A stretch of 63,592 nucleotides of DNA, the filler included, from Choristocarpus tenellus KU-1152 (Eukaryota; Protista; Phaeophyceae), in NCBI GenBank assembly GCA_964200185.2. It is 10 parts of 10 records of this genome, joined end to end, with 100 filler letters (N's around TTAATTAATTAA, not from the genome) between each part and the next. Parts side by side here need not be neighbours in the genome. Positions count along the whole stretch, not along the records: positions 24,592 to 27,936 come from CAXNAD020020667.1; positions 28,037 to 30,928 come from CAXNAD020023868.1; positions 31,029 to 39,092 come from CAXNAD020005210.1; 7 more parts are not named here. One strand, given 5' to 3'. A program made the position numbers and the translations under genes. The notes beneath the pieces are model-generated. The model saw only the letters and a list, made by a program, of their open reading frames with translations. It searched no databases and was not told the DNA's origin. How positions within the stretch are numbered: position 1 is the stretch's first letter; every line of letters starts with the position of its first letter. This document shows, piece after piece, positions 25,659-39,092 of this stretch.

Positions 25659-27600
25659 CTCAGCAGGTCCGATGATGGCAGGGTCGTACTGAACGATGGC
25701 ACGGCTCACTACAAGGCTCACTTCCATAGACCGCACCCCACTCAATCTGTTTTCATCACAGGGGCCAAAAATGTGTTGCGTCAGATCGCAGGCTTCATGG
25801 TCGGTACCAAGGGGAGGATTCAAAGGGTAGGGTAGACCCCACTCTGCTTTCCGAGTAGGCTAGGGTCGCGTGTTTAGTTAAAATATGTCTGGTGTTGGCG
25901 TGGTTGAAGTACAGAGTCAGGGTTAGGGTTAGAGTTGGGGTTAGGGTTAGGGTTAGGGTCAGTTATTTGCACTACTACAAACGGTTAGGGGTTGGTCTAG
26001 GTCTAGGGTTGGGGCTAGGCTTTCGGCTAGGGTTCACAAATGCAGTTGATGTCTGGTGTTTGGTTTGGGGCTGGGGGTAATGATCAGCAAGATTCTCAGC
26101 ACTCCGTTTGAGCTTAGGGACTAATGGGCGAGGGCAAGGCTAGGGATAAGGAAATATTGCAGGGTTAGGGTAAACATGTTAGCCTTGTTTTAGTAGGTTC
26201 AAGAGTCGAGAGTTGAGGATGGGTGGTTTGGAAGTGGATTGCTAGGCTTTTCGGCAGGTTCAGACAATTCGTAGGTAGGATTCAGATCAGACACCCACAA
26301 ATGTAGAGTGAGTGCACCTGTAGTAGAGGCAATACGCTATCAAGGTCAGTGACAAAGTGGACCAATGGGTTAGAGTTAGAGCTGGGTTTGACTACTATCA
26401 GGCCTGGCGTTGAGAAAGGTTTGAACAGATATGTGGGCATGGAAGTGTCTACGCAGACAAGTTGAAGTCAGTGCCAGCATGTGATGAAGGGGTCAAGACC
26501 CTGTCCAGGGATAAGTCTTCACAAGGAAGAATCGCTTCTGGTTTAGGAAGAAGTAGCCTTGGGTTATACTATCATCCTCAAAAGAATGAAGAGTTTTCTC
26601 AATCCAACACTTATAAATTCAATTCAGGATAAGACTTAGAGAACAGTGGTTGGTGTGGCATTCAGGAAAAGGCCCGGGTCTCCCATGATAACTAATAAAA
26701 TGTGGGCGCAGAGAAGCAGAGTGGAACGCTTACGTACACTAGGCCATAGTGTAATAGTGCGATTGAGAACCCCTTCTTGGGTTGAATAGTGCAAATCACT
26801 ACAATCCAACCGTAATGCCAAGTAATCCTGAGAAGAACAGAATTTAGGGATCAGCACAATCGATGTGCCAGGTCCGAATGTATGACTCCAAGCAGAGCGG
26901 TGAAACAATTGCGTTCGTTATTTACATGACATTACTCACAGAGAATCCGACCTTGAGAACTGCACTTGCTTGGCCCAAAGGTCCAGTATTGGAAAGTTCG
27001 GAGAGAATATAATCGTCTAAAAGACGGGTGGGCAACATAGATTAAAACTACAAACAACAGTTCTCCGCATAAATTCACTCCAGTTATATATTCCCCAACA
27101 GGAGCAACCACTTGAAAACTTATTCATTCGATGCAAGGAATTTCCTGCATTGTCAAGAGTGAGGTTGCAAGAGAAACTGTACCATCTGTCCGAGTGGTCC
27201 CAAGTTCAACGTCGAGTAAGATGAGAGCTCATTCTTTCCCGCGGAATATTTTACTAAAATAAAGCATTTCTAGCACCAAGGTCTCCTCCATGAACTGTTT
27301 GTCTAAACAAAAGGCCTAGGTTTGAGTCTGGTCCAAAACACGATCACATCCGCGCAGCTGTTCTTAAAAAGGGACTGTAAGCATGCTGCACCTGTCGCAT
27401 AGTCTTTGGATGGTATTCACGCAAACAGCGCAAGTCATACCCTCTATCTCCAGTCCCACAACGGCGAGGTTGTCATCTTTCTCCACTAAATGTAAGTGCG
27501 CCCTGGAAGAGAGACCCCATTCGTCCTCTCCATCATGCACAACTAACGAAGGCTGCGGGTCCGAGGATTTCGGAGCACAGCAAGAACCACTCCTATACAT
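25659..27600 (-). CDS. HMA-domain protein, probable P1B-type copper-transporting ATPase N-terminus (partial)
   Basis: Exon 27600-27392 (...VVGLEIEGMTCAVCVNTIQRLCD) plus exon 25746-25659 (RLSGVRSMEVSLVVSRAIVQYDPAIIGPAE) form one HMA domain with GMTCxxC; phase-2 junction. The ATPase core is not seen in this contig. Confidence 0.78.
25918..26033 (+). repeat. Interstitial degenerate telomere-like (TTAGGG)n tract in HMA gene intron
   Basis: AGGGTTAGGGTTAGAGTTGGGGTTAGGGTTAGGGTTAGGG... Shorter TTAGGG runs occur near 17411, 17707, 20231, 43226, 43819 and 43889. Confidence 0.8.
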
Positions 27601-28036
27601 TTCTCGCTCGCTATTAGGCGTCAGCACCTTCCAAAACTTGTGTGATAATAGGAACGTATTGTGATGACTGTAGTTTACGGAGGACTTGCAATTTCAAAGT
27701 TTTAAATCAAGAAACTTGGAAATACGATACGTATATAGTGAAGACGAGATGATACGTTACACGACCAACAGATTTTTCCGATTGAATTTAGCGGGTTCGC
27801 ATCCCATCCACGAATAAAATAACTTACATATTATATGTGGAAAGCTTCAAGGCCGATCAGAGGGGGGGGTGATGTGGAAAGCATGCTTGCCTGTTATTAT
27901 ACCATTATTACCGTATGCCATATACCGTTATACCGTNNNNNNNNNNNNNNNNNNNNNNNNNNNNNNNNNNNNNNNNNNNNTTAATTAATTAANNNNNNNN
28001 NNNNNNNNNNNNNNNNNNNNNNNNNNNNNNNNNNNN

Positions 28037-30928
28037 CTCCCCCCCCTTCCCCCTCTCCCTCCACGCCCACCCCAACCCAAACTCCTCCCACCTCCCCCTC
28101 CCCGGTCCATCTTGCGGAGCTCATCTGGCACCTGCTGATTTGCACCATTGAGAACACCTATCAACTTGGATGCCCACTTCGAATTATTCTGGGTGAAAAA
28201 TGTGTATGCATCGCCGGTTGCTTCACCACGTGCTGTCCGCCCAATGCGGTGAACATAGTCCTGCACAGGAGAGAAAAGGAACAGGAAAACCACAGGTTGC
28301 GGTAGAGTTGGTCTTTGTGGATCTGGAATAGGATGTGTATATATATGCACACATGAAACCCTCTGCAGGCAAAGAAATGCCAGTTAAAGAAAATTGAATT
28401 GACACTTCTACAGCACTCACAATCTTGATCATTTTACAAACATCTTCTTTTCCCGATTTGTTTCTCACCTCTACACCACTGATGGGAAAGTCGTAGTTGA
28501 TAACAATGGCAATGTCCTTCACATCCAGACCCCTGGCTGCCACATCTGTTGCCACTAGGAGGCGCACCTTGCCTGACCGGTACCAGTCCATAACCTTGGT
28601 ATACAACAACATTCATGGAGTACAACTCAAAGCATGACAACTCTCGAATACACCTATTAACTTCTCCATACCTACATTCAAAAGTTCTGAAAGCTCCAGG
28701 TGGAAGCGCTTGACAAGATTCAGTGTACAGGGTATGAGGGAACAAAATAGCAAGGGAATAGGTGGAGAGAACAGATGCACTTCTCAAGTAGGAACGGTGA
28801 CCTAGAGATTCGTTGTCTAAAAAGAGAAACGTGTGTTAGAGTATAGCCTGTAAGTAACTGGCACCTGAGTCCGCTCCCATTGCTCCCTGTCGCCATGTAG
28901 CGAATCAACAGCAAAGCCCCTGTTCCACGCATCTTGTGCCAGTTGATCACACATCCTCTTCTTCGATGTGAAGATTATCTGTGCATACATGCAGTACATC
29001 AATGGTATTTGTAAGAAGCAGATGAGCAAACGATAAGCTTGTGTTCAAATCTATCTCAACACTGCACTCCACACATCTCAGTGCATAGGAACGGAACACT
29101 CACACAAGCTTTAACCCCCCATGGTCGTATTATTGCTGACTACAAACAACTTGTTATGGCAACATTACATTCAAGCACATCCACACAGAAACTTCGCTCT
29201 TCTCATACTATCCTCTTGCAAACAAAACTATCCATTTCTCTCTGGCACAAGAAATGGCTACTCTAGCATCTGCACAATCTGATGACAAGCAGTGGTAGAA
29301 GAGTCACCAGAGGTATCTAATGCAATCAGTTGATGGCACAACCTTACACTCTGCTCTCAAGTATGCTCTTCTATGAAATACACGGTTGTTGTCGCACCGT
29401 CTTCCCATGTTCTGCCTCAGGTGGGGACTGGTGCAGGTTTCCAAGCAGCTCCCAGAGCTTGTCAGGCTTGTCCCTTTCATCAATAACCTACAAAGCAGAC
29501 AAGAGACGGGGAAGCAGGCAAAGAGGACAGGGAGAAAATATGGGCAAAAGGGATAACCTTTGGGAGTCTCTAGGAGGGAATGTGTTGAGTATTGATGCCA
29601 ATGAGATGCTGACTCTTTGTACAATAAAAATCTTAACTAGAAAAAAGGTGCACATTTCTGACATTAGCATTTTGGATAAAATCTTGGCCACCACTACATC
29701 ATTGCTGTCTTGTCTTACGGATGCATGTGCGGCAGAAATGTCATCAATCAGTCAGCATTTAAGGATACACACCAACTCTATTTTTCAAGCTTCCCCAAGT
29801 AAGACCTTCCTCACCGTCCAGTACCTGAATATGCTGGGTGATGCTCTTGTTGGCATTCAGTTTGCCCACAATGCCAATGTTGATCCTGACGGGGTCCTTC
29901 ACAAACTCCCTTGCCAGTCGCTGAACTTCCCTAGGCCAAGTAGCTGTGAAGAAAAGAGTTTGCCTGGATGCAGGTACCTCTGCAATGATGGTCCGGATTT
30001 GAGGCTCAAAACCCATGTCCAACATGCGGTCGGCCTCATCCAGGCACAGGCAAATAACGTTGCTCATTCGCACTTTACCCATGGTCAACAAGTCGTTCAG
30101 TCGGCCTGGGGTTGCAATCACCACCTGCGCACCACTCTCGATAGCCTTTATCTGTGGGTATTTAGGGGACCCACCTGTTCATAGGGGTAGGAGGAAGCAG
30201 GTGGTTTAGGCACATGTAAAGGTCATCTACTCTTGTAAATTATAAGACAAAGACAAACGTTCCCATACTGCTGTATGGTTTCAAGATCCTAGTGGACTGG
30301 TGAAAGGGTGGGGGAAGCAGCAGCATCTCATCAACCAGGTGGTCTTTTTCGTGTATTTTTTCTTTCTTCCTTTGCCGTTTATAAGAAATCAAGAGGACTC
30401 GATAGAGGTAACATGAAGCGACACCTCAACACTCTCTACATTCAACAACCAACCTCAGTCTACTGTGAAATCAACATAAACAATGAAGATGCAGATTTGC
30501 ACACAACATGAGTAGTTCAGAAGGGATACTCATCTTCAGGTCTTCTTGTTGTACAGATGGAACACTAGTGCAAGTACACGGGCTGGAGGAGGATATTGGG
30601 GGCAACAAATTAAAAATAAGCTCATTGCTTACCATAGACAGCAACACTGCGAATGCCAGCATGCTTGCCGAATTTGGTGGCCTCTTCATCAATCTGACAC
30701 GCCAGCTCGCGAGTGGGCGCGAGGACGACAATCGAAGGGCCAGCCCCGAGGCGTGAGATTGCTCCCTTCTTCGACTCCAAAAGTTTGTGGAAACAAGGAA
30801 GTAGGAATCCCAAAGTCTTGCCAGAGCCCGTCCGCGCCACTGAAATAATATCCCTCCCACTCAAAGCCACAGGCCATGATTGAGCCTGTGTTGGTGTAGG
30901 TCCAGGGTACCCTGCGGTGGAGAGGGCT
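28037..30928 (-). CDS. DBP2: DEAD-box RNA helicase, DBP2/DDX5/DDX17 family (both ends truncated by linkers)
   Basis: Exons 30928-30633 ([21 protein letters not shown]), 30174-29825 ([27 protein letters not shown]), 29487-29398, 28978-28865 (LHGD), 28594-28469 ([10 protein letters not shown]) and 28260-28037 ([13 protein letters not shown] tail). All GT-AG and phase-compatible. Confidence 0.92.
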
Positions 30929-31416
30929 NNNNNNNNNNNNNNNNNNNNNNNNNNNNNNNNNNNNNNNNNNNNTTAATTAATTAANNNNNNNNNNNNNNNN
31001 NNNNNNNNNNNNNNNNNNNNNNNNNNNNCCCCCCTTGTAGGATACCCCCCCCCCCCGCTCTCCCTATATTGGTGAAGTATTCGAGTCACCCCAATGCTGC
31101 TTTGTGTAAGTTCCGTTCTGTGTAATTTGAAACCAAGCGGTAGATGGATGGATGATTTGAGTAATATTGACGGGAAAAGAGGCGGTACAGAGGTTACGCA
31201 GTAGCCCGATGCTCCGAGAGGCAGTTGAAATATCGAGAGAGAGAGAGAGAGAGAGAGGAAGAAAAGAAAGTATTCAACTGGTAATTGAACCTGGGACTGA
31301 AGCAATTACGGAAGCAGAGGTGGGGCGTGTTGTCGGAGGAAGCCTTGGCATGCATCGATACCATTGTTAAAAGCACTCACTCACTCTTGTGTCATTATAT
31401 TGCCTGCCCAAAGTAG

Positions 31417-32202
31417 TACATCTGCAGGCGACTGGCTGAAGAGACGGGCGGGGATTATACTGTGGCGCTGGATGAGAAACATTTTCATGACGCTCTAGTA
31501 GCACAGTGTACCCCTCCCCCTGCCTTGCCTGGCCGTGGAACTCTCTTTGCGGATCTTGTTTGCATGGGTTTCCCAGAGGAGAGGCAGGTGCGTCTCGTGG
31601 TGAAGGGTGTAACTGCCTGTACGTTGGTTTTCAATGTGTTGATTGCGCTTCTGAATATGCCTGCCTCTTTGTGTACCTCTATTTGTATCTGTACCTGAAA
31701 TGATCTTGCGTGAAGTGCCCTGCCTGCGACCGCCCTCCCTGATACGGACGGGGTGAGTGAAACTGTTTTTTGACAGGTGAGATTGCTTTTTTTTATTGAG
31801 GGGGTGTCCTGAGGGGCTTAGGACCGTTCCTGCTGACGAAGTGGGAGGTACCTTTCGACCAAAGGGGGGAAAAAAAAAGAATTTAGAGGGGAAAAAAAAA
31901 AATGAACGTATGAAAAGTAATCGAACTGAACAAAACAAGCGCAGGGTGACTGACATAATACTCTTCCAGAATTGTTACCACTTGGCCGAGTTTATTATTT
32001 CTCGTAGGGCATACCTTTCTGAAATGCATCACTGGCTGATGGCAACCGACAAGATCGTTGTTCCGCCAATGGGATACGACTATTTGTAATGGTCGGAACA
32101 TTCTAGATTTACTGTATTGGTCGATTTTTCAGATGAGTATTGCTTTTAATAACATTTTGTTCCTTTTTCAAAGTTTTATGCCTGTTTTGACGCACACGCA
32201 CA

Positions 32203-32254
<52 letters not shown>

Positions 32255-34319
32255 CATACATGTAAGTTCTTACTTGTAGACCGTTTGTTTGGTGGTTGGT
32301 GAGATGTTGACAAAAATGCAGCATGTTGTTGTTGTTATGAACAACCCTTGAACTGCAGCACTGAGAGCATGTTTTTTTGTAGAGTGCAGTGATGTGAAAT
32401 CAGAGGAGTTTTGATGAATCTCTCTGTTTTGATTGTTGTAGCTCTCCTGTAGGGGGGCTCTCCACGTCCTGTTTGGCACCCAACTTTGGAGTCCTTCCTC
32501 CCTGTGACATACCTGGTTTTGAGGGGACTTGTCTCCCTTCTTCCAGCAACAGAGAGTAACCCACCACCAGGGTCTGACTTCTGACGAAAGCATTTTTGCA
32601 TCGAAGTATTATTTTACTGAGGTGAAGTGCATAGAAATAATATGCAGTACTGAATTTATGCTCTGTGTCAAAGTTAGGCTACAGAAGTAAACCTAGCAGA
32701 GGAAAAATTGACTTCTTGCAGGAAGAGCCTTGTCATGATTGTCCCTGTTCTGAGGCTTCACACGCTGTTCTCGTTTCCATTCCTGGGGGTCCCATTGAGC
32801 AGATGAAAATGTTCATCTTTTCTATCCATTCAACTTTAATGCATGACCTGGTGTGTTGTTTTAGTTGTAGAAATTGTACGTACATGTCCCATCTGTGTTT
32901 CCTAGAGTTTTTGAACATATATCCTGGCTTGGGAGGTTGCAGAGCGATTGCATCCTACTGACTCTGTGCAACAGTTACGATGCTATGTTCCTGTTGGTGT
33001 AAATGTTCCTATTTTTGCCGTGTTGCTTACTCCTCAATTACCCTATGGGTACCTTTTCCCAACATGTGTGGCCTACCCTCTTCTGTCCATGGCCTCTCGA
33101 ACAATTGTGTTGCACCCCTTGCAGCCCCTTTCTCCTTGTAAGAACTTCTATGTCCACATCAAGAGTGACATCCCTGTCTCCCACTTTCAACCACAATGGA
33201 CCTCAGGACGTGTTCCCCAGCTTGGGGTACAGTGGGAACCAGCAAGAACTGATGGCGTCCGGGTACAACTGCCCTCGTTGCAAGACAAAAACTTCAGAGC
33301 TGCCCTCCGAGTGTATCATCTGCAACTTGCCACTGGTGGGAAGCATGGGCTCGTCCTTGCCGCCTGTATAGGCCCATTGAGAAGAAGTACTGTGTGTGCA
33401 ACACTGGCAATGTTTTTTTTTACTTGGTATGTACTTATTCATACATGCTTGGGAGGCAATGGGTGAAGGACTGGGAGAATCGTTGCTCCTGTCGTGTCTA
33501 CAGCCTTGCCTCAGTTCCTCCCATTGTCAGATTGCTCTGGGAAGCAACGATCTAGTGTAATACACTCTCTCCACGTGTTACACTGCTTTAAATGTTATTT
33601 GCCTTGTCATGTCCCAACTAAGCCCTGTTGTTGCAGACTCCTCTGAAGTGGAAGGGCATCGCCCAAGGGGGGAACGCACTTTAAAAAGTGCGCTTTAAAG
33701 GGATCTAATGTGGTAGTCTCCTTCCGTCTATGGTCACCGTATGTCCCTCATTCTTGCAAGAAGGTCAAACCAGAGAGAACTTCACGCCTGTGATTTTTGA
33801 TGCCTTTTTGGGGGCCATTGCTTTACTGCAAAGTGACCCATTCTGTTTGACACTTGGATCCCTACCCTACCCCTACCCCCTTTGATGCACCAACAGGTGT
33901 CGTCCCCACACCTGGCACGATCATACCACCACTTGTTCCCTGTCCCACACTTTGAGGAGACAATACCCCCCTGTCCCCAAGGCCGTAGAACAGGACCCAC
34001 AAAGGAGACGGCACAGCCTTCACAAGCCCCTTACCTGTCTTCTGGTGGAGTCAAAGTGAAGGCGGGAGCAGGGGAAAGAGTTGCCACAACAGGGACTACT
34101 GGCTTGGGAATACAAGGTCCACAGGCAGGAAGGGTTGTTAAGATGGAGGTGGTAGAAGAATCTCCATCTGGGCCGCCACAACCTTCTGCATGTGCTGGTT
34201 GCCTGCGACAGTTGATCTCTCAGTCCTATTACCGGTGCCCTGATTGCAAATCTGTGTTTTGCCTTGATTGTGACATGTATATCCATGATTCCCTTCACAA
34301 CTGTCCTGGATGCTGCTGA
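31417..34319 (+). CDS. GTF2H2: TFIIH subunit p44 (SSL1/GTF2H2), C-terminal part
   Basis: Exons 31417-31587 (YICRRLAEETGGDYTVALDEKHF...MGFP), 33207-33335 (GYNCPRCKTKTSELPSECIICNLPL) and 33897-34319 (VSSPHLARSYHHLFP...YRCPDCKSVFCLDCDMYIHDSLHNCPGC*). Confidence 0.93.
32195..32246. repeat. (CA)n microsatellite
   Basis: Direct reading. Other microsatellites: (CT)n ~7004-7022, (TATG)n ~10790-10818, (CATA)n ~12661-12693. Confidence 0.9.
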
Positions 34320-36221
34320 GGATGTCCTCTTGCCCTTCCTACAATTCAGTCACATTTCAGAGGGTGTGTGGGGGGCTACCCACTGCAATGAAATGCCTGG
34401 AGATTTTTGAAGTGTCAGACTTCCTTGTGGGGAAGCAGTGTTAGGGGTGTAGTAGTAAGAGTACCAGCATGCCTATGTTGGTCGTTGGCGGCAGGTGCAC
34501 CCAATCAAAACAAATGATACATCTCCCCATATGACAGGGCTTGGAGTCTTTGCCATGGGGAGAAGGTATTGGCAGCAGTGAGATTTGAGGAGTGATTTAC
34601 CTCTGTCCCCTCATTATGATATTTGTCAACTATTTCCAGGCATGGTGTCTTCTGTCCATCAGTAGCATTCATCCTGTCTCACCAGTGATGTTCAGGGAGG
34701 CATGGAGAGGGATGTGAAAAACCTAGTGTAGTCACAAGTATGTTTCGCTTGTGCTTGCATTTTTGTCTTGCTTTAGAAAGCTTTTAAGGCTCAGTGATAT
34801 GCAGTATATAGCAGTAAACGCGAGGAAACTGTTGAGGATCCTTGGTGTGCTCTGTAGGACTGAGGGGCATAGCCTCCTTAGTATGTGCCGTCAGTTTGGA
34901 TTCCATATCTGTAGGACTGAGGATTTAGAAAGAGAATAGTAGTACCAATGTTTGCTGTTGTCCATTTCTTCTGTACTATCTCTTGTAGGATCGATTTTGA
35001 CAATTGCTTGGGTTACTGTTTTCCTGTTTGAAATTTGTAGGAAGGAGAACCCATGGTTAGCTCATCTGTTTGCTCTGCGCTGCCTGTAAAAGATCAGCTA
35101 CTGCTGTAGGCTGTGTGCGCCGGGATGAGTATCTTCAGCACCCGTGTCTGAGTTTTTTAGAGTACATGCCATTCCTGGCCCCCCAACAACATGCAACTTT
35201 CTTCTTGTGTTTTGTTTGACTTTATCCACTACCTAGTATATAGTATATAATGCGATAGGACAAGATGACATATAGTTCATGCTGTTTTAGTGCAGACTTG
35301 CACATGTTAGTAATTCATTTGTTTCCCTGAGAGGTCGTGTAATCAGCAATGTGTGAAGGGCGCTTTGTGCTTGGTGCGTAGGAGATTAGGTTTTATCAAA
35401 GACAGTCGCTGACCTACTCTGAATATGTGGAGAATGTTCATCACAAGCCTTCCCATGCTCCTTGTGTATATCCTCTCTCTTTTACTTAGTTGTTGTGAAC
35501 TTCCCTTACTGATACTCTCTTTTTGGATGCGATGATGCTATTGGGTGGCAGAGCCCCAGGGGTAGGATAATGCATTATGGCACTATAGTACCCTCGGAAG
35601 ATACCCCCTTAGGGTAAATCAATTTTCAGTTTCTATTGTAGTGCAACAATGAGAAAAACATTTGTATACCCTCTATACTGTTTTCCTGATCACACACATA
35701 TACTTGTTTGTACTCATAGAGCCTAAAGCATTTTTAGGAGAGCAGAACAGGTACCTGTTGCCTGTGGATCTGAACGTTTGTGATCTTAGAACTAATGTGC
35801 TTATTATCAGTCCATTTTGCCTGATCAAAATAAGTGAGACAGCAGGAGCAGTATCCTACCAATCGTAAGCCCAACATATGCATGTACTTTACAAAACTAG
35901 CATATTTTGTGCCGTGGATGTGGTGGGGAGTTGTCCCACCTCCCTTATGACCTCTCCTAGTTTTGATGCAATTTTAAGGCTGTTGTGTTCTTGACAATGA
36001 TTTCTGAAGGGCGGAGAAGTCAATGCACTGATTCCAACACCTACTAGTGAAGCAGCTAGAAGCAATGGCTCAGAATATGGGATTTACTCTTAAGTGCACA
36101 TTTGACTTTGTTTGATCCAAGTGAGATCCCCCTGTAGGCTGGGAGGTGACTACGAGATGGAGAAGGGTGAACACCTAACCTCCTCCCGATATTTGTTTCC
36201 TCCACTTGGTACCCATGTCCC

Positions 36222-37991
36222 TCAAGGGTTTTTGTTGTGAACAGCATTTGCAGCACGACAGAGACTCACCACAGGTTGCTGTTCAATACTATCATCCCAT
36301 TGATCGCCTTGCTCTCTGTCCTTCAGGCAACAGTTCCTCTTTTTCAAAGACTTGACCAGAGATGTAACCAAGCTGGAACTCTGTTCCGACTCATCAGCAA
36401 CAACTGTTGCAGTGAGAGCTGCAGAGGAGGCAGCTGGAAGAATATTCCCCCTCTTGATTGGTGAGGGACTAGTGTTACGTTGGTAGTGAGCAGCATGGAG
36501 CAGAGAGGCCCCGCCATTGTGTGTTGGGAGTCGTAGCTGTCTCTGGATACGGGCCCGTTGTCGTCTCCTGTGGCCTAGTAGTAGCTGTTTCAGCAGCGAG
36601 TATTCTGGGTTGTTTGAGCCACTCCCTGGTGGATTTGACACTCTATCTAAACCATCACCCCCCAATTCCCCCTCTGTCTCATAGATCACTGATTCACCAG
36701 GCTCACAACCATCTTCCCAGCTTAACCTTCCATCTTCATTGGAAGATCCTCTATGCTGGTCGAGTTCATCCCAGGAAGGATCCCCATCAGCATGTTCCCG
36801 ATCCTGGCGCCAATGTCTTTGTTGTGGTATATTCCTTCGCTCTGGGAATCTCATCCGTATCGGACTCACGTTGCCATTGACACCTCTCTTGCCTACTTTG
36901 GTACGTCCAGCTTGAACCTTGTCTCTGCCCCTTCCTTGACGCAGGCAATTCCAGGTGCTCCCTGGCACATGCCCAGCACCCCTTCGCCTATGGCCTTGAT
37001 TGGTGTGGCTGTCTTGCAAATTCGACATTGTTGCAATACAAGAATTTGACGAGGACAACCCCGCAGAAAATTTCCGTTTCATTTTCTTCTTGGGGAGGTT
37101 TGAGCACTCTCCTTCTTTTGTTGTCAAGGTAACAGGCATGTTCCCCTTCTGCTGCTTGGTCTTACTTGCTCCTGCAGGGCACCATGGAGGACCCTTTACC
37201 TTTGGCGCACTGGCTGCTATTGTGGTGCCACTCACATGTTGATCTGCTGGTGTGCTTTTAGGGTGGTGTGTGGGACCAAGGACTACAACGCCCTTAGCAT
37301 TGGTAACGACTGGGGATGGGGGACTATCAAAATATATTTTGGCCGACCCAAGGGCCATCCCAGAAGGTTTTTGCAGGTTGTCCCCACGAACAAATTCTCT
37401 ATCGCCTCCATGAGCTGGGGCTTCAATCATTGATGGACTGTCATACTCTACCCAGGTGTTGGAAAGTCTTCGATGGATCTGAGATTTGGACTCGGCGCCA
37501 TCATTTGTAAATGGGGGAAGGGGTACCTTGCCTTCCCCCTTGCTGAATGGAAGATCGATTGTCAATGGCTTTGATTTACTATCTCCAACAGGTACATGTC
37601 TCTCAGTAGCTGTGTTGTAATCACCAGGCTCTTCAATGCTCTCTGCACGACTTACGCCCTCATGGTGCTTTTTCATACTCCAGCCTGCCTCTTCCTGATT
37701 CTGTCTGGAGACCCCGCCGTCTTTCTCAAGGCCCCATACACCATCAATGGTGTCACAAGCCAGCCTTTCCCCCTTTGATTCCACTGTCTTGTGAACTTGT
37801 TTTGTTACCCTTGAATCTTGTAGAGGTATCTTTCGTACCCTCTTCCGCTCCTCCCTTGGAGAGGTAGTTATTTTGTCATTTAATAAATTGCTTCTTGTCT
37901 TGTTGACAATGGCATGGCCTATTTTTTGGTGAGTCCTCAGTTCAGTATTGTCCCACTCAGACCTGTTTTCCTTGATATACCCTCCTCTGAC
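36222..37991 (-). CDS. Large terminal exon of a low-complexity hypothetical protein
   Basis: The open frame extends upstream of the 520-aa ORF to a CAG acceptor at 37994-37992, about 589 codons. It is S/G/K/R/P-rich and probably disordered. A possible upstream coiled-coil exon lies at ~38260-38450 (LKQRLSKLEAQMG). No domain recognised. Confidence 0.65.
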   Translation of the reverse strand, partial: VRGGYIKENRSEWDNTELRTHQKIGHAIVNKTRSNLLNDKITTSPREERKRVRKIPLQDSRVTKQVHKTVESKGERLACDTIDGVWGLEKDGGVSRQNQEEAGWSMKKHHEGVSRAESIEEPGDYNTATERHVPVGDSKSKPLTIDLPFSKGEGKVPLPPFTNDGAESKSQIHRRLSNTWVEYDSPSMIEAPAHGGDREFVRGDNLQKPSGMALGSAKIYFDSPPSPVVTNAKGVVVLGPTHHPKSTPADQHVSGTTIAASAPKVKGPPWCPAGASKTKQQKGNMPVTLTTKEGECSNLPKKKMKRKFSAGLSSSNSCIATMSNLQDSHTNQGHRRRGAGHVPGSTWNCLRQGRGRDKVQAGRTKVGKRGVNGNVSPIRMRFPERRNIPQQRHWRQDREHADGDPSWDELDQHRGSSNEDGRLSWEDGCEPGESVIYETEGELGGDGLDRVSNPPGSGSNNPEYSLLKQLLLGHRRRQRARIQRQLRLPTHNGGASLLHAAHYQRNTSPSPIKRGNILPAASSAALTATVVADESEQSSSLVTSLVKSLKKRNCCLKDREQGDQWDDSIEQQPVVSLCRAANAVHNKNP

Positions 37992-39067
37992 CTGTTGTAG
38001 TGGTGACAGCGATGGAGGAGATGGTAGGCATCATTTTTAGTTGAGACGAATCTTCCACCAACTTAGGATGTCACAATGGGGCTTGGCCATAGAGCATGCT
38101 GTAGGATGCCTAACGTTGGGAGATCAAACTGCCAAGACTTGCAGTTCAAGCATTCACATCATGCAACTAAGACATTTCTTTTTAACCTGCCTGGTGTGCT
38201 AACGAGCATTGTCAAAGTTTATACTCTAGCTTCCAAGGACTCTCTTGGTATTCACACAGTCACACCTCAATAGAAGACCCCTTTGCAGCAAGCTGTTTAG
38301 TTGTATCCCTATCCCCCCGCTCCTGCATCTGTCCTCTGTGGTTGCAGCGCCACACCTCTGCAGTCTCATAGGGGAGAACTCTATCTATCCTTACTTTGGA
38401 ATCATCTCCCATCTGTGCTTCCAGCTTGGACAGCCTTTGCTTCAATGAAGAAGTTGGCAAAAATTGAGCAAAAAGAGAGGAAGGTACTTAGAGGTTACCT
38501 CAGTGTTCAATTGTGTCAAATGGGAGGACTTCTCATCACCATAATTCCATTTACCTAGCTAGGTAAAGTTGTGTACGGCTAACTTTTCAAGTTCTAAGCA
38601 CAAGAGCCTCATTCCCTTTACATATGCCGCCCTCTTGTGCACACAGGGGGATATCATAGCAATTCACAAGACACAACAACACCCACTTTGTGCATTACAA
38701 CCTAAAAAAAAATGGATTCACTCCTTTTCCTCCCTAACTTGGAGAATACAGACACAACAAACATGCTCCAGATACTTTGACCTCAATCATAGTGTAAGAG
38801 GAAAATAATAGAGTAAAACATCAGTCAACCACTCTGATTTTGTACCTTTGGTTCATTCCATAGGGCTGAAAACTCATTTTTTCTCTCAGGGATAGGGGAC
38901 GTACCATGCATAAATGGTTCAGAAGTACTCGCCCCTCACAACGTAACACATCCTTTGAAGTGACCAAAAGGACAAATATAAACTCCTCGATTGTAGCTTT
39001 TGGGAGGGGAGGGGTCCTTAGCCCTTTTGAGCAGTTATCAATAGTTATTCGTGTGAAGTGTGCATAA

Positions 39068-39092
39068 GGCTCAAAGTATCGGGGGGGAGGGG
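39068..39092. mobile_element. Start of another MITE-family copy at contig end
   Basis: TAA|GGCTCAAAGTATCGGGGGG then linker. Confidence 0.6.

Noticed and set aside
29330-30184. 284-aa plus-strand ORF
   Set aside because: It is the antisense shadow of the DEAD-box helicase exons.
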